Made by a program: the position numbers and the translations under genes. This document shows positions 37,601 to 47,543 of a stretch of DNA of 64,000 nucleotides, piece by piece (the stretch's first letter is position 1; each line of letters starts with the position of its first letter). The DNA comes from Myxococcales bacterium (GTDB lineage: Bacteria > Myxococcota_A > Polyangia > Polyangiales > DASUME01), in contig JASGJH010000001.1 of NCBI GenBank assembly GCA_047601445.1, positions 4,800,001-4,864,000 on the forward strand. Direction: 5' to 3'. Below the pieces are notes generated by a model, which worked only from the letters and a program-made list of their open reading frames with translations, was not told the DNA's origin and did no database searches.

Positions 37601-37863
37601 GCGATGGAGACCGAGCGCACGGAGGTCTGATGGGGCGCCGAGTTCATCACGCGCTCGATGGGCAGCGTGATCTGTCGCTCGATCTCCTCGGTGCCCTGGC
37701 CGATCCACTGCGTGATGACCTGGACCATGGTGTCGCCCACGTCGGGATACGCCTCGATCGGCACCGAGAGATAGGCATGGATGCCCACGCCGATCAGCGC
37801 CAGGGAGGCGGCCAGGATCACCAGACGCTGACGCAGCGCGAAATCGACGACACGTTGGATCAT
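34651..37863 (-). CDS. Heavy-metal efflux RND permease (CzcA/CusA family)
   Basis: PIEAYPDV, ERQITLPIE, DYFARQ, ANLLSIGAVDFGMIVDG...VEN, EGRLFRPMA, RLRPMMMTALVA. Confidence 0.92.
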   Translation of the reverse strand: MIQRVVDFALRQRLVILAASLALIGVGIHAYLSVPIEAYPDVGDTMVQVITQWIGQGTEEIERQITLPIERVMNSAPHQTSVRSVSIAGLSVVTVTFAEGTQDYFARQQALERMSLLNLPEGAEPTLGPLASPIAEIMRYQLISCATRPEPECSEEDKKAEARSLSELKDYEEWTVERELLRADGVAAVASFGGTTKQHQVRVHPMLLTARALALEDVEGALQSANKNGGGGIIDLGPEALNVRAIGLLTPDQIADVAIATREGVPVRVRDVATVETGYRPRLGRVSVNDDKDVVAAVVLLRRGDDAQAVLERVHERVADLNNRILPRGVKVHPYYDRSHLMELTTHTVLENLTAGILLVTLILFVFLGSPRAALIVAITIPLSLLSAFVGMEVLKIPANLLSIGAVDFGMIVDGSIVMVENIFRLVAEKHHSGERFDLVQLVRSAAHQVARPIVFAIAIIVASYMPIFTLQRVEGRLFRPMAFTVGFALLGALILAVTLVPVLSTYLLKKNLKEWENPLLHWVRKIYLPLVERLLKRPRVVLVAAVVLLVTNVLLYHAIGSEFLPHLNEGAFWVRASMPGNISLGEAERMVDGYEEDGKRVRGIREILRGFPEVGTMAVQLGRPDDGTDPTGFYNAEFLLQINDRKTWRPQFHGDREKLEEAMSKSLAVVPGVSFGFSQPISDNVEEALTGVKGQLAIKIVGDDLNALDDLASRVAHEIATVRGVKDLGIFRELGKSNLHVEVDRKRAERLGLSVEDVEEIVEAGVGGRVVSQIVEGERLHDLVVRFREDSRDRTGTIARLPVPTGDGNVVPLAEVAKLKIRGGASRIYRENGRRYVAIKFSVRGRDLGSTVADAQKKVARAVTEPPGYEIVWGGEFESAQRAGRRLSIVIPLTVVLIFMLLFVMFRRAHEAALILGNVLVTSPVGGLAALLLTGTNFSVSAGVGFLALFGVSVQTGVILISYINELRAEGMSVDQAIEQGVDLRLRPMMMTALVATLGLLPAALSHGIGSDSQKPIAIVVVGGLISSLALSLFSLPLLYKVFAPKAPGVVPPHDDGPDAAALREGSSW

Positions 37864-37986
37864 GCCAGCGGGGCCACCTGACGCCTCCTTGGAGAAGTAT
37901 CACGAACCCACGCCGATGCCTCTTCGATTGTCGACATCCCGCCTGGCCGCGCCACACTGACGCCTCAGATTGGAGACACCCGCGCG

Positions 37987-39174
37987 ATGACCGATCGGAA
38001 ATACGACGTCGTGTTGTTCGGAGCTACCGGGTTCACGGGCGGGCTGACCGCGGAGTACCTCGCCCGTGTTCAAGCTGCGACGCCGTTCAGCTGGGCCATC
38101 GCCGGCAGAAACCGCCAAAAACTCGAAGAAGTGCAGGCACGGGTGCACGCCCTGGGCGCTCGGGTGGACCTGCTCGGTGCGGACTCGGGGGACGAGGCTT
38201 CGCTCCGGTCCATGGCGCGCACGACGCGCGTCGTCATCACCACCGTGGGGCCCTACATCCGCTACGGCGAGCCCCTGGTCCAGGCCTGCATCGAGGAGGC
38301 CACCGACTATGTGGACCTCACGGGCGAGCCTATGTTCGTGGATCGCATGCTCGCGCGCCACCACGCCCGCGCAGAGGCCCGCCGCGTGAAGATCGTGAAC
38401 ACCTGCGGCTTCGACTCCATCCCGCACGACTTGGGCGCGTATTTCGCAGTCCATGCCCTGCGCAAGAAGCTCGGCTCGCTCGCGCAGCGGGACGTCGAGG
38501 TGACCGGTCTCGTGCGCGCAAGCGGCAGCTTCTCGGGCGGCACCTGGCACTCCGCCATCAACGCCATGGCGAACGCCCGCGAGCACGCCAGGTTGCGCGC
38601 CTCCGGCGTCGACGCGCGCCCCCAAGTCGGAGCCGATCGCTCCGTTTCCCAGTTGCCTCCGCGAGTGCACTACGAGAAGCAGGTCGCGGCCTGGGCTGTC
38701 CCCTTACCCACCATCGATCCCGAGGTCGTGTGTCGCTCGGCGCGGCTCTACCCGGAGTACGGCAAGCGCTTTCGCTACGGGCACTTCCTCGCGCTCCCGC
38801 ACCTGCCCGCCGTGGCCATGACGGCGCTCGGAGCGGGCACGGTGTTCAGCCTGGCCCAGCTCTCGCTCACGCGCTCGTTGCTGCTCAAGATCAAGGACCC
38901 CGGCGAAGGTCCGAGCGAGCAGACTCGCGCACAGGGTTGGTTCGAAGTCACGCTGTTGGCGAGCGCCGACTCCACCCAGGTGGTTTGCAAAGTCACCGGA
39001 GGAGACCCGGGCTACGGAGACACCGCCAAGATGTTGGCCGAGTCGGCGCTATGTCTGGCTTTGAAGCGGCAGGCTCTGCCCGAGCACTATGGTGTGGTCC
39101 CGCCGGCTGCTGCCATGGGAGACGTGCTGATCGAGCGATTGCGCGCGTCGGGTATGGGCTTCGAGCAGGTCTAG
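37987..39174 (+). CDS. Saccharopine dehydrogenase-like oxidoreductase (trans-acting enoyl reductase family)
   Basis: FGATGFTG, AIAGRN, TVGPY..YGEP, YVDLTGE, CGFDSIPHDLG, GDPGYGDT. Confidence 0.85.
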   Translation: MTDRKYDVVLFGATGFTGGLTAEYLARVQAATPFSWAIAGRNRQKLEEVQARVHALGARVDLLGADSGDEASLRSMARTTRVVITTVGPYIRYGEPLVQACIEEATDYVDLTGEPMFVDRMLARHHARAEARRVKIVNTCGFDSIPHDLGAYFAVHALRKKLGSLAQRDVEVTGLVRASGSFSGGTWHSAINAMANAREHARLRASGVDARPQVGADRSVSQLPPRVHYEKQVAAWAVPLPTIDPEVVCRSARLYPEYGKRFRYGHFLALPHLPAVAMTALGAGTVFSLAQLSLTRSLLLKIKDPGEGPSEQTRAQGWFEVTLLASADSTQVVCKVTGGDPGYGDTAKMLAESALCLALKRQALPEHYGVVPPAAAMGDVLIERLRASGMGFEQV

Positions 39175-42100
39175 CGAGTCCGGCGTGAGCGCGCCCGCCG
39201 TCTCCAGAGCGTGAGTCCGAGCAGGCCCAGGCAGGCCTCGAGCAGCCCAGGAGCTGTCCCGCGCGCCTGCAGCGCACAGGCACCTCCGCCCACCAGCCCC
39301 ACGTGCTTGGGCGGTCCGTCGAGGTCAGGTTCCTCGCCAGCGTCTGCACCGCCCGCATCGCGCATGCCCGGCTGATCTTTGCCAGCGTCTGATTCACCGC
39401 TCAGGCCAGCGTCGTGCACTCCGCTGTCCGGCGTGCTCGCATCGGTCCCCGCGTCCGACCCGCCCGCGTCGCTCCCCGCATCCACCGTGGTGCCAGCGTC
39501 GGCCCCCGCATCGGCTCCCCCCGCGTCCACGTGCGTGGGTTCGTTCGGATCCGCGTAGTCCGGCACGTGATCTTGATCCGAGTCTTCACAGGGGAAATGC
39601 GCCGCGCACTCCACGCTGTCGTCGAGGCCGTCGTGATCACTATCTCCTGCTCCAGGGCCCTGGTCGTCGGCGTCCCACGGATCGGGGATGGTGTCGCCAT
39701 CGCTATCCGGGCAGGCACCGTTCGGACATTCTTCTCCGTCTTCGGCGCCATCATCGTCGGCGTCGGCGTCGTCCTGATCGGGGTCCCCATCGCCGTCGGA
39801 GTCGCGCAGGTCGTGCTCGACGTAGTCAGGCAAGCCGTCCTTGTCCGTGTCGGCGCAGGCGCTCGGGTCGGCGCACTCCACGCCATCGAGCTTCCCATCA
39901 CCGTCCGAATCGGTGTCCTTGTAGTCCGGCTTGCCGTCGTGGTCCGAGTCGGTGCAGTGGCTCGGCGTGTGGCACTCGAGCCCGTTGGGTAGCCCGTCAC
40001 CATCGGCGTCCTTGAGGGAACACAGCGGATTCTGCGGGTCGCCGTCCTCATCGATGCTGCCGTCGCAGTCGCTGTCGATCTGGTCGCAGCTCGCGTCCGA
40101 CTGGCCAGGGTGCACCTGCGAGAGCAGGTCGTTGCAGTCCGTCGTCGGATCGCTCGCGAGCCCTTCGAAGGCATCGCGACAGTCGACGTCGTTCGACACC
40201 CGTGTATCGCCGCTTGCATCCAGGTAGCCGTCATCGTCGTCGTCGTCGAAGCAGAGCTCCTTGCCGTCACAGTTCTCGTCGATCTCGTCGCCCACCACCT
40301 CGACCGCCCCGGGGTAGCGAGCCGCCGAGCTGTCGTCGCAGTCCGTGGTCGGGTCCTTGCGCGTGCCCTCGAAGGCATCGTCGCAATCGAGGTCGTCCGA
40401 CAGCCGCGTGTCGCGCGTGGTGTCGAGGAAACCGTCATCGTCGTCGTCGTCGAAGCAGAGCTCTTTTCCGTCGCAGTTCTGATCGATGTGATCGTCCACG
40501 ATCTCACTGGCGCCGTGGCGAATGCCTGGCTCGAAGCGCTCGCAGTCGGTGCCATCGAGATCGCCGTCGTTGTCGGAGTCTGGATCGCGATAGTCCGGCA
40601 GCGCATCCGTGTCGCTGTTTTCGCAGGGCGACTGGGTGCACTCGTCGAAGTCCGCGAGGCCGTCGGCATCCGAGTCGGTGTCGAGGTAGTCGGGCACTCC
40701 GTCGCTATCGCTGTTCGGGCAATTGCGGGCGCCCGGGCATTCCACTCCGTTCGGGATGCCGTCGCCGTCGTTGTCGCCGCTGGCGCACGCGAGCACGTTG
40801 GTGGCTGGCGAGCAGGGATTGCTCGGCTGCGCGTCGCTTTGGTCGGCGCTGCCGTCGCCATCGTCGTCGGAGTCTCCGACGTCGCACACGCCGTCGCCGT
40901 CGCTGTCCGAACCGTCGTTGTTGGGCGAACCGCCGTTGCACTCGCTGCACGTATCGCGATCCGCGTCGCAGCCCTCGTTGATGCCGCCGGATCCGGTCCC
41001 GCCGAAAGGCGGGAAGGTGTAGCCGCTGGCCGCTTGGCCGCCCAACACGGAGACTGAACAAGCCCCGCTGTTGCTCGCGCCGAGCGCCACGCGCCCACCG
41101 CCACCGCCCGCGCCGCCGCCGTGGCTTTGACTGCCGCTTCCGCTGCCGCCCTGGGCCCGCAGCGCACCACACGCTGCGCTGCCGCTGACGCCCACGAGGA
41201 TCGAGCCCCCCGCGCCGCCTCCACCACCTCCATCGGCTCCCACCACGCCGCCTGGATCACCATTGGCGCGCAGCGTACCGCTCCCCACCAGGCTTGCCGC
41301 GCGCAGCCAGATGATGCCGCCGCCGGCTCCGCCCGCCGCGCCCGAGGCGCTGTTCTGTTGGCCACCGCCGCCGCCGCCGCCGAAGGTCAGCGAGTCTGCG
41401 AGCGAGCCCACCAGGCGTGCTCCACCGTAACCTCCCGCACGCGCGCCGGTGCACACCGCGTTACCGCCCGCGCCACCGTAGCCGCCGTTGCCACCGCCGG
41501 CTCCGCCGCCGTTCAGGATGCCGCCGCCACCGCCGCCGTTGGCTCGATTGCCCGCGCCACACCCTCCTGCATTGTTGGCGTCGATGCTCTCGCCACGGCG
41601 CCCGAGGCCCTGAGAGCACGGCACGTCGAAGGTCGTGTTGACGGGTGTCGTGTTGCAGTTGCAGGCCACGCAGGAGTTGTTGGACGTGGCGCCGCCACGA
41701 AAGCCCCGACCGTCCACATTGAGCAGTCCGTCGACCGACACGCTGCCCTGCGCGAGAAACGCCAGCACACCGCCCGTGGATCCGTTCCAATTCTGTGCCG
41801 AAAGCGAGCGCACGCTGGGTGTCGCCGCCACGGTCACCGTGGTGTACTCGGGAATCCAAACCACCTGGCCGCCGCTGGCGTTGAACGCCTGCTTCAAGCC
41901 GTGGTCGATATCGATGGCGTTCCCGGTGATGTTGGTGATGCGCGCCAGCTCGTAGTGTCCCGCACCGTTCGAACCCAAGGCGATGTTCATGGTGTCGCCA
42001 GCCGCGTAGCTGCCCGCCTTGGTCTGGTGCAGCATCACCAGGTCGCCGATCGCGAAGCCATTCGCGTTCGCGAGCCGGATGTTCGTGGCCCCCGCCGCCA

Positions 42101-42305
42101 CCGACGCGCTCAACGTGGTGTAGCGATTGATCACGACGTTGCTGCCCGCCACCGTGAGCGAGCCGTTCTTTCCCGTGCCGAGCCCATAGCTGTCGGGGAG
42201 AGCATGCGCAGGCAGCGCGAGGCTCCATGCGAGCGAGCACAGCGCAAACACGTGGCACAGAACCCGCGCGCGCAAGGCGAGCGAGTGGTGGAGCGAGCTA
42301 CACAT
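39171..42305 (-). CDS. AgmC-like surface protein with Gly-rich region, Asp-rich Ca/metal-binding repeats and MYXO-CTERM-like anchor
   Basis: PDSYGLGTG...GDLVMLHQ...YELARI...PEYT...WNGSTGGVLAF...GFRGG N-terminus; DxDxDG and DxNCDG repeats; C-terminal GGGAC-TM-RRR. Confidence 0.75.
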   Translation of the reverse strand: MCSSLHHSLALRARVLCHVFALCSLAWSLALPAHALPDSYGLGTGKNGSLTVAGSNVVINRYTTLSASVAAGATNIRLANANGFAIGDLVMLHQTKAGSYAAGDTMNIALGSNGAGHYELARITNITGNAIDIDHGLKQAFNASGGQVVWIPEYTTVTVAATPSVRSLSAQNWNGSTGGVLAFLAQGSVSVDGLLNVDGRGFRGGATSNNSCVACNCNTTPVNTTFDVPCSQGLGRRGESIDANNAGGCGAGNRANGGGGGGILNGGGAGGGNGGYGGAGGNAVCTGARAGGYGGARLVGSLADSLTFGGGGGGGQQNSASGAAGGAGGGIIWLRAASLVGSGTLRANGDPGGVVGADGGGGGGAGGSILVGVSGSAACGALRAQGGSGSGSQSHGGGAGGGGGRVALGASNSGACSVSVLGGQAASGYTFPPFGGTGSGGINEGCDADRDTCSECNGGSPNNDGSDSDGDGVCDVGDSDDDGDGSADQSDAQPSNPCSPATNVLACASGDNDGDGIPNGVECPGARNCPNSDSDGVPDYLDTDSDADGLADFDECTQSPCENSDTDALPDYRDPDSDNDGDLDGTDCERFEPGIRHGASEIVDDHIDQNCDGKELCFDDDDDDGFLDTTRDTRLSDDLDCDDAFEGTRKDPTTDCDDSSAARYPGAVEVVGDEIDENCDGKELCFDDDDDDGYLDASGDTRVSNDVDCRDAFEGLASDPTTDCNDLLSQVHPGQSDASCDQIDSDCDGSIDEDGDPQNPLCSLKDADGDGLPNGLECHTPSHCTDSDHDGKPDYKDTDSDGDGKLDGVECADPSACADTDKDGLPDYVEHDLRDSDGDGDPDQDDADADDDGAEDGEECPNGACPDSDGDTIPDPWDADDQGPGAGDSDHDGLDDSVECAAHFPCEDSDQDHVPDYADPNEPTHVDAGGADAGADAGTTVDAGSDAGGSDAGTDASTPDSGVHDAGLSGESDAGKDQPGMRDAGGADAGEEPDLDGPPKHVGLVGGGACALQARGTAPGLLEACLGLLGLTLWRRRARSRRTR

Positions 42306-42441
42306 ACGGATGGGCGCCTCGAACTGGCTCCGCCGCGGGCCCAGAGCGCGCTAGACGCGGGAGGGAGCCGACTCAAATCGTAACGGGACGCCCGAAAGAT
42401 GGGAAAGAAAAGCCCGATCGAAGCCTGGCCTTGGTCGCTGG

Positions 42442-42882
42442 CTACGTTGTGGGTGTTGTGCGCCTGGGAATCCGCAGCGTGGCGACCTCGACCGCGAGGC
42501 AGGCATCCATCACCACGGTCAGCCCTTGGTCCTGCGCGATCCGGGCAGCCTCTTCATTGTAGATGCCACTCTGCAGCCACAGCGTTTTTGCGCCGATGCG
42601 AGCAGCGTCGACGGCGACCTTGGGTGTCTCCTCGGCGCGCCGGAACACATCGACCAGGTCCACCTTGTGCGGAATCGCAGCGAGATTCGGATAGGCCTTC
42701 TGGCCGAGCACTTCGCTCTCGTTGGGGTTCACGGGGATCACGCGGTAGCCGGCCGACAAGAGCCGGCGGAACACGCCGTGCGAGGGCTTGTCCGCCTTGG
42801 ACGAAGCACCCACCACGGCAATGGTCTGGGTCCCGTCGAGTAGCTCGAAGAGCTCGCGATCGGAGGGGTTTTCGTGCGGCAT
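42442..42882 (-). CDS. CoA-binding protein (YccU-like)
   Basis: TIAVVGAS...PS, GYRVIPVNP, VDLVDVFR, LWLQSGI, VVMDAC. Confidence 0.88.
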   Translation of the reverse strand: MPHENPSDRELFELLDGTQTIAVVGASSKADKPSHGVFRRLLSAGYRVIPVNPNESEVLGQKAYPNLAAIPHKVDLVDVFRRAEETPKVAVDAARIGAKTLWLQSGIYNEEAARIAQDQGLTVVMDACLAVEVATLRIPRRTTPTT

Positions 42883-43040
42883 ACCTTGGATGTCCCACGA
42901 AGCGATCGCGTTGGCGAGCGAGACGTCCCGAAACCGCGATCCTGCCAACCGTCCCTCCGCACCAAAGCAAAACGGCGGAGCCGAAGCCCCGCCGTTCCTG
43001 CTGCTACGAACCTGCCCACCAGACCAGGCGGGCTCCGGGC

Positions 43041-44018
43041 TCAGCCGCCCGCTGCCTTGAGGGCGTCTTCGATCTGCTTCGAAAGCCCGTCGAAGTCGGT
43101 GGGGTTACCCACGCGCGCTCCGTTGAGGAACATGGTGGGCGTGCCGTCGACGGCCACTTCTTCACCGAGCTTGAGCTCCGCGTCGACCGCAGCGGCGTAG
43201 GTCTTGTCGTCGAGCGCCTTCTTGAACGTGGTCAGGTTGAGACCCGTCTCCTTGGCGTACTTCTCGAGATCCTCACGGGACAGCGCCTTCTGATTGGCGA
43301 ACAGCTTGTCGTGGTACTCCCAGAACTTGCCCTCGGCGTTGGCAGCCAGCGCGGCCTCGGCGGCCTGGTGCGCGTTCTGGTGGAACGAGAGCGGGAACTG
43401 ACGGAACACGAAGCGGACCTTGTCCGAGTACTTCTCCTTCACCTTGTGCGCCACGTCGGCAGCGCGCGAGCAGAAGGGGCACTGGAAGTCCGAGAACTCC
43501 ACGATGGTGACCTTGGCGTCGGCCGGGCCGAACGCGGGCGGCGTGCCCTCGCTGATCTTGGCGATCTTCTCGGGGGAGAGCGGCGCGTTCTTCGCTTCCT
43601 GGCGCTTGAGGTCGGCGAGCACCTCGTCGTAGTGCTGCATCATCATGTCGCAGCGCTCGGGCGGGAACTTGGCGGTCTCGCGCTTGACCATCTCGCACGA
43701 CTGGGTCTTCTCACCGAGGTCGGTGCAAAGCTTCGACGTCAGCGTGTCGCACTGCTTGCGCTTCTCCGCCATCTTCGTCTTCACGAGGTCGACCTTCTTG
43801 AGACCGACCGCGCAGGCGTCGGGCGGCATCATCTCGGTGGACGACTTGAAGGCGCCGCAGGTCGGCGACTCTTCGCCGGCTTCCTTGCACACGGCCTTGG
43901 CGTAGTCGGCGCAGGACGTGGCAGTGCCCTTGGGCCCCTGAGGTTGATTGCAGCCGACGCTGACCAGACTGGTGAGCGCGAGCAACGACAGAAGGTGATG
44001 ACGGATGGATCGGGTCAC
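43041..44018 (-). CDS. DsbA/thioredoxin-fold lipoprotein with Cys-rich helical N-terminal domain
   Basis: Lipobox SVGC; IVEFSDFQCPFC, FRQFPL, GKFWEYHD, VDGTPTMF. Confidence 0.88.
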   Translation of the reverse strand: MTRSIRHHLLSLLALTSLVSVGCNQPQGPKGTATSCADYAKAVCKEAGEESPTCGAFKSSTEMMPPDACAVGLKKVDLVKTKMAEKRKQCDTLTSKLCTDLGEKTQSCEMVKRETAKFPPERCDMMMQHYDEVLADLKRQEAKNAPLSPEKIAKISEGTPPAFGPADAKVTIVEFSDFQCPFCSRAADVAHKVKEKYSDKVRFVFRQFPLSFHQNAHQAAEAALAANAEGKFWEYHDKLFANQKALSREDLEKYAKETGLNLTTFKKALDDKTYAAAVDAELKLGEEVAVDGTPTMFLNGARVGNPTDFDGLSKQIEDALKAAGG

Positions 44019-44661
44019 GAGAGGTCCTTTGGAAAGTGGGCCCAAGCGTACGAACAAACTTGGGGAACGCCAGCTACAGGTTGGAACGCAAGGTCGAAGC
44101 GCGCGGGTCCGCCCGCGGAGCAAAACGGGGCTTGGCCCGAGCACCTGAACGCTCGGCTGCCTCGGAGATTCCAGGCTCCGCGCAACATGAACACAGCCGT
44201 CACCCGTTTGTCCAAGATGTCACCTGGGATCGCACTACGCCCGCTCGCGCGAGCACGCCGGACCTCACCCGGGCGCTTTTGCGGCTTTTTTCTCGCGTCC
44301 CCGCATCACCCGCGCGCACTGCGTTGCGTCGAGCTCCCCCCCAAGGTGCGCTCGTCGTCGCAGGTCGAGGGGTCGGGGGATCCCTGGCCCAGGCAGACTT
44401 TTGCGCGCTCGCACTTAGCGCGGGCGAACGACCGAAAGCCAAGTGAATGACCTTCATGTCCGCCAGAAGTCGCGGCCTCGAGATGACCCCCGACCCCAAA
44501 CAGCGCTGCCAGGCCCCCACCTTGCTGCGCCGTTTTTGGTCGACGAAATGAGCATGAATGACGCCCATCCGAAGTGCACGGAAAAGTCTGCAGACAGCGC
44601 ACCGAAGCAACCGCAAACTCACAGCGACAAACTGCTTGCGGCTCTCGAAACGGGGCGAATT

Positions 44662-45313
44662 TCAGGGCGAAGCCGCGGGATCCACTCGCAATGATTCGAG
44701 CAACCCGCGAAACGCATCGCGCGCGCGTTCGACGGAGGCGCGCGGCCCCGTCAGCTTGAAGAACACCGGTCCCTGGGGTCCGCTCGCGATGGCGCCGAGC
44801 AACATGGCGTCGTTGATCGGCGCAGGACTCGGCGCACCGGGCATCGCCATACCGCCGGAGAAGGCGCCCGTGACCTCGATGGTCGTCACAGCCACGCTGC
44901 CGACGGTGCAATTGATCACGCACGGCCTTGGCCTTGCTGTCGCTGCCGTCGGGCTGGGTGAACTGACCGAGCCAGCGCGCGATGTTGGCGTCGACCGAGC
45001 CGCCCTGGTCGGGACCAAAGTAGAAGACCCCGAGCTCGGCCTGCGGCTCGCCCTCGAGCCCGTACTCGGCTGCGCGCATACGCGTCTTGGGAGCACGCCG
45101 CACCAGGGGCGCCTTGCCTTGCCATACGAGTCCGCCCCCCGCCTCGGCCCCGGTGGGCGCGGCCGCCGGCGCAGCGCCGGGTGTCGCGGGCGTGGACGGA
45201 TGAGCAGGCACGCTGGCAGCGGCAGAGGAGCCGCCCTTCTCGGGCGTGGGTTGGGGCTCCGAGGAGCAAGCGAGCAGCAGGAGCGGAGCGACGAACAGGG
45301 GGGAAAATCGCAT
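44662..45313 (-). pseudogene. Conserved hypothetical lipoprotein with a +1 frameshift near 44909 (pseudogene or sequence error)
   Basis: N-half LLLAC...GGSVDANIARWLGQF...DQL in one frame; C-half TVGSVAVTTIEVTG...MLLGAI...FFKLTGP in another. Confidence 0.7.
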
Positions 45314-45672
45314 GGGCGGCGAGTGTAGTACCGGGAGCTCGAGCGAGCAGAAAAGGCCAGGCCGCCATGCCGGTCGCCAAGGAGGGCCCCTCGAGCCGCC
45401 CGGTGCCCCCCCGAGCCCGCGCCTCGGCCGCCCGACCCTACACTCGTCAACCCCGCTCTGTCCCTACCTCGTGGTAGGCGCTTCCCCCCGCCAGCTCACA
45501 AAAATTCTCCTACATCCCCCCTCTTTTTTGCTGGCGCGAGGCCGACCATGAGGTAGTCGTCTGTCGACCGTTTGGTAGGCACGTCCCTTCCCCCTGGGAG
45601 GGGCTTCAGAAGCCACCGCGCCGGACGGAGAAGTCACCGCTACTAACTGAGTCGCTAGAGGAGTTCGGTTCC

Positions 45673-47490
45673 ATGCCCCAGTACAAGGCCCCCCTTAGAG
45701 ACATGAAGTTCCTGATGAACGAGGTCTTCGACTACCCCGGGCACTACAAGAAGCTGCCCAACGGTGCCGAGGCCACGCCGGACATGGTGGAAGCCATCCT
45801 CAGCGAGTGCGCCGCGTTCTGTGAAGACGTGCTGGGACCGCTCAACCAGAAGGGCGACGCCGACGGCTGCGAGCTCAAGGAAGACGGCTCGGTGACCACG
45901 CCCAAGGGCTTCAAGGAAGCTTACAACCAGTACTACCAGGGCGGCTGGCAGGGACTTTCGCACCCCACGGAATACGGCGGCCAGGGCCTCCCGCTCACGA
46001 TGGGCATGTTCAAGCAGGAGATGATGGGGACCTGTAACTGGTCCTTCTCCATGTACCCCGGCCTGAGCCTGGGCGCGATGAACACCATCATGATGCACGG
46101 CACCGAGGCCCAGAAGACCGAGTGGCTCACGCCTCTCACCGAGGGTCGCTGGGGCGGCACGATGTGCCTCACGGAGCCCCAGTGCGGCACCGACCTCGGT
46201 CAGGTGAGCACCAAGGCCGAGCCCCTGCCCGACGGCAGCTACAAGATCACCGGCACCAAGATCTTCATCTCTTCCGGTGACCACGACCTCACCGAAAACA
46301 TCGTGCACATCACGCTCGCGCGCCTGCCCGACGCCCCCAAGGGCACCAAGGGCATCTCGCTGTTCATCGTGCCGAAGTACAAGAACGACAACGGCCAGGT
46401 CGGCGAGTTCAACAACGTGGTGTGCGGCTCGCTCGAGCACAAGATGGGCATCAAGGGCTCGGCCACCTGCGTGATCAACTTCGACGAGTCCGTGGGCTAC
46501 CTGATCGGACCGCCCAACAAGGGCCTCGAGTGCATGTTCACGTTCATGAACTCCGCGCGTATCGGCACGGCGATTCAGGGCGTGGGCGCGGCCGAGCTCT
46601 CGTACCAGGGTGCGCTCGCCTACGCCAAGGAGCGCCGCTCCATGCGCGCTTTGTCGGGCAAGAAGGAGCCTGAGAAGGTTGCCGACGCGCTCATCTACCA
46701 CGCCGACGTGCGCCGCATGCTGCTCACGCAGAAGGCGATCGCCGAGGGCGGCCGCGCGATGCTGTATCACGCGGGCCAGTTCGCCGACCACATGGTGGCG
46801 GGCCTGCTCGAGAAGGACGACAAGAAGCGCGAGCACTGGGACGACAAGCTCGGCTTCCTCACGCCCATCCTCAAGGGCTTCCTGACGGAGATGGGCACCG
46901 AGGCCGCGAACATCGGCATGCAGGTGTTCGGTGGCCACGGCTACATCAAGGAACACGGCATGGAGCAGATCGCGCGCGACACGCGCATCTCCACGCTCTA
47001 CGAGGGAACCACGGGCATCCAGGCGCTCGACCTGCTCGGCCGCAAGGTGCTGCTGCAGACCAAGGGCAAGTGCATCCAGGAGTTCACGGGTATCATCCTC
47101 AAGTTCTGCGCGCAGCAGGGCCGTAACCCCAAGATGCTCCCCTACATCGTGGAGCTCACCAAGCTCTGCGCGCAGTGGAACTACCTCACCGTGCGCATCA
47201 TGCTCACGGCCGCCAAGGATCGCGACATCGTCAGCGCCGCCGCGGTGGACTTCCTGATGTACTCGGGCTTCGTCACCATGGCCTACTTCTGGGCCCTGAT
47301 GGCTGCCAAGAGCTTCGAGAAGCTCGCCAAGGGTGGCTCCGAGACCCCCGAGTTCTACAAGGCCAAGATCCAGACGGCGGAGTTCTACTTCGAGAAGCTC
47401 CTGCCGCGCGCCAAGGGCCACGCCGACTCCATGCTCTCGCCCACCAAGGCGCTGATGCAGATGGACATCGAGCACTTCGCCTTCGTCTGA
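45673..47490 (+). CDS. Acyl-CoA dehydrogenase (long type with extra C-terminal domain)
   Basis: GAGGAG RBS; YKAPLRDM, GTMCLTEPQCGTDLG, EHKMGIKGSATC, QVFGGHGYI, YEGTTGIQALDL. Confidence 0.93.
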   Translation: MPQYKAPLRDMKFLMNEVFDYPGHYKKLPNGAEATPDMVEAILSECAAFCEDVLGPLNQKGDADGCELKEDGSVTTPKGFKEAYNQYYQGGWQGLSHPTEYGGQGLPLTMGMFKQEMMGTCNWSFSMYPGLSLGAMNTIMMHGTEAQKTEWLTPLTEGRWGGTMCLTEPQCGTDLGQVSTKAEPLPDGSYKITGTKIFISSGDHDLTENIVHITLARLPDAPKGTKGISLFIVPKYKNDNGQVGEFNNVVCGSLEHKMGIKGSATCVINFDESVGYLIGPPNKGLECMFTFMNSARIGTAIQGVGAAELSYQGALAYAKERRSMRALSGKKEPEKVADALIYHADVRRMLLTQKAIAEGGRAMLYHAGQFADHMVAGLLEKDDKKREHWDDKLGFLTPILKGFLTEMGTEAANIGMQVFGGHGYIKEHGMEQIARDTRISTLYEGTTGIQALDLLGRKVLLQTKGKCIQEFTGIILKFCAQQGRNPKMLPYIVELTKLCAQWNYLTVRIMLTAAKDRDIVSAAAVDFLMYSGFVTMAYFWALMAAKSFEKLAKGGSETPEFYKAKIQTAEFYFEKLLPRAKGHADSMLSPTKALMQMDIEHFAFV

Positions 47491-47509
47491 AGCCGAAGCA
47501 TTCCTGGAG

Positions 47510-47543
47510 AGCCCCGAGCGCGACCGCCCGGGGCTTTTTTTTT
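47510..47543 (+). terminator. Intrinsic terminator
   Basis: AGCCCCGAGCG-CGAC-CGCCCGGGGCT hairpin followed by a T-run, 20 nt after the stop codon. Confidence 0.85.

Noticed and set aside
44019..44661. Long intergenic region as a hidden gene or RNA
   Set aside because: Short ORFs lack motifs or clear RBS, and no convincing structure was found by eye
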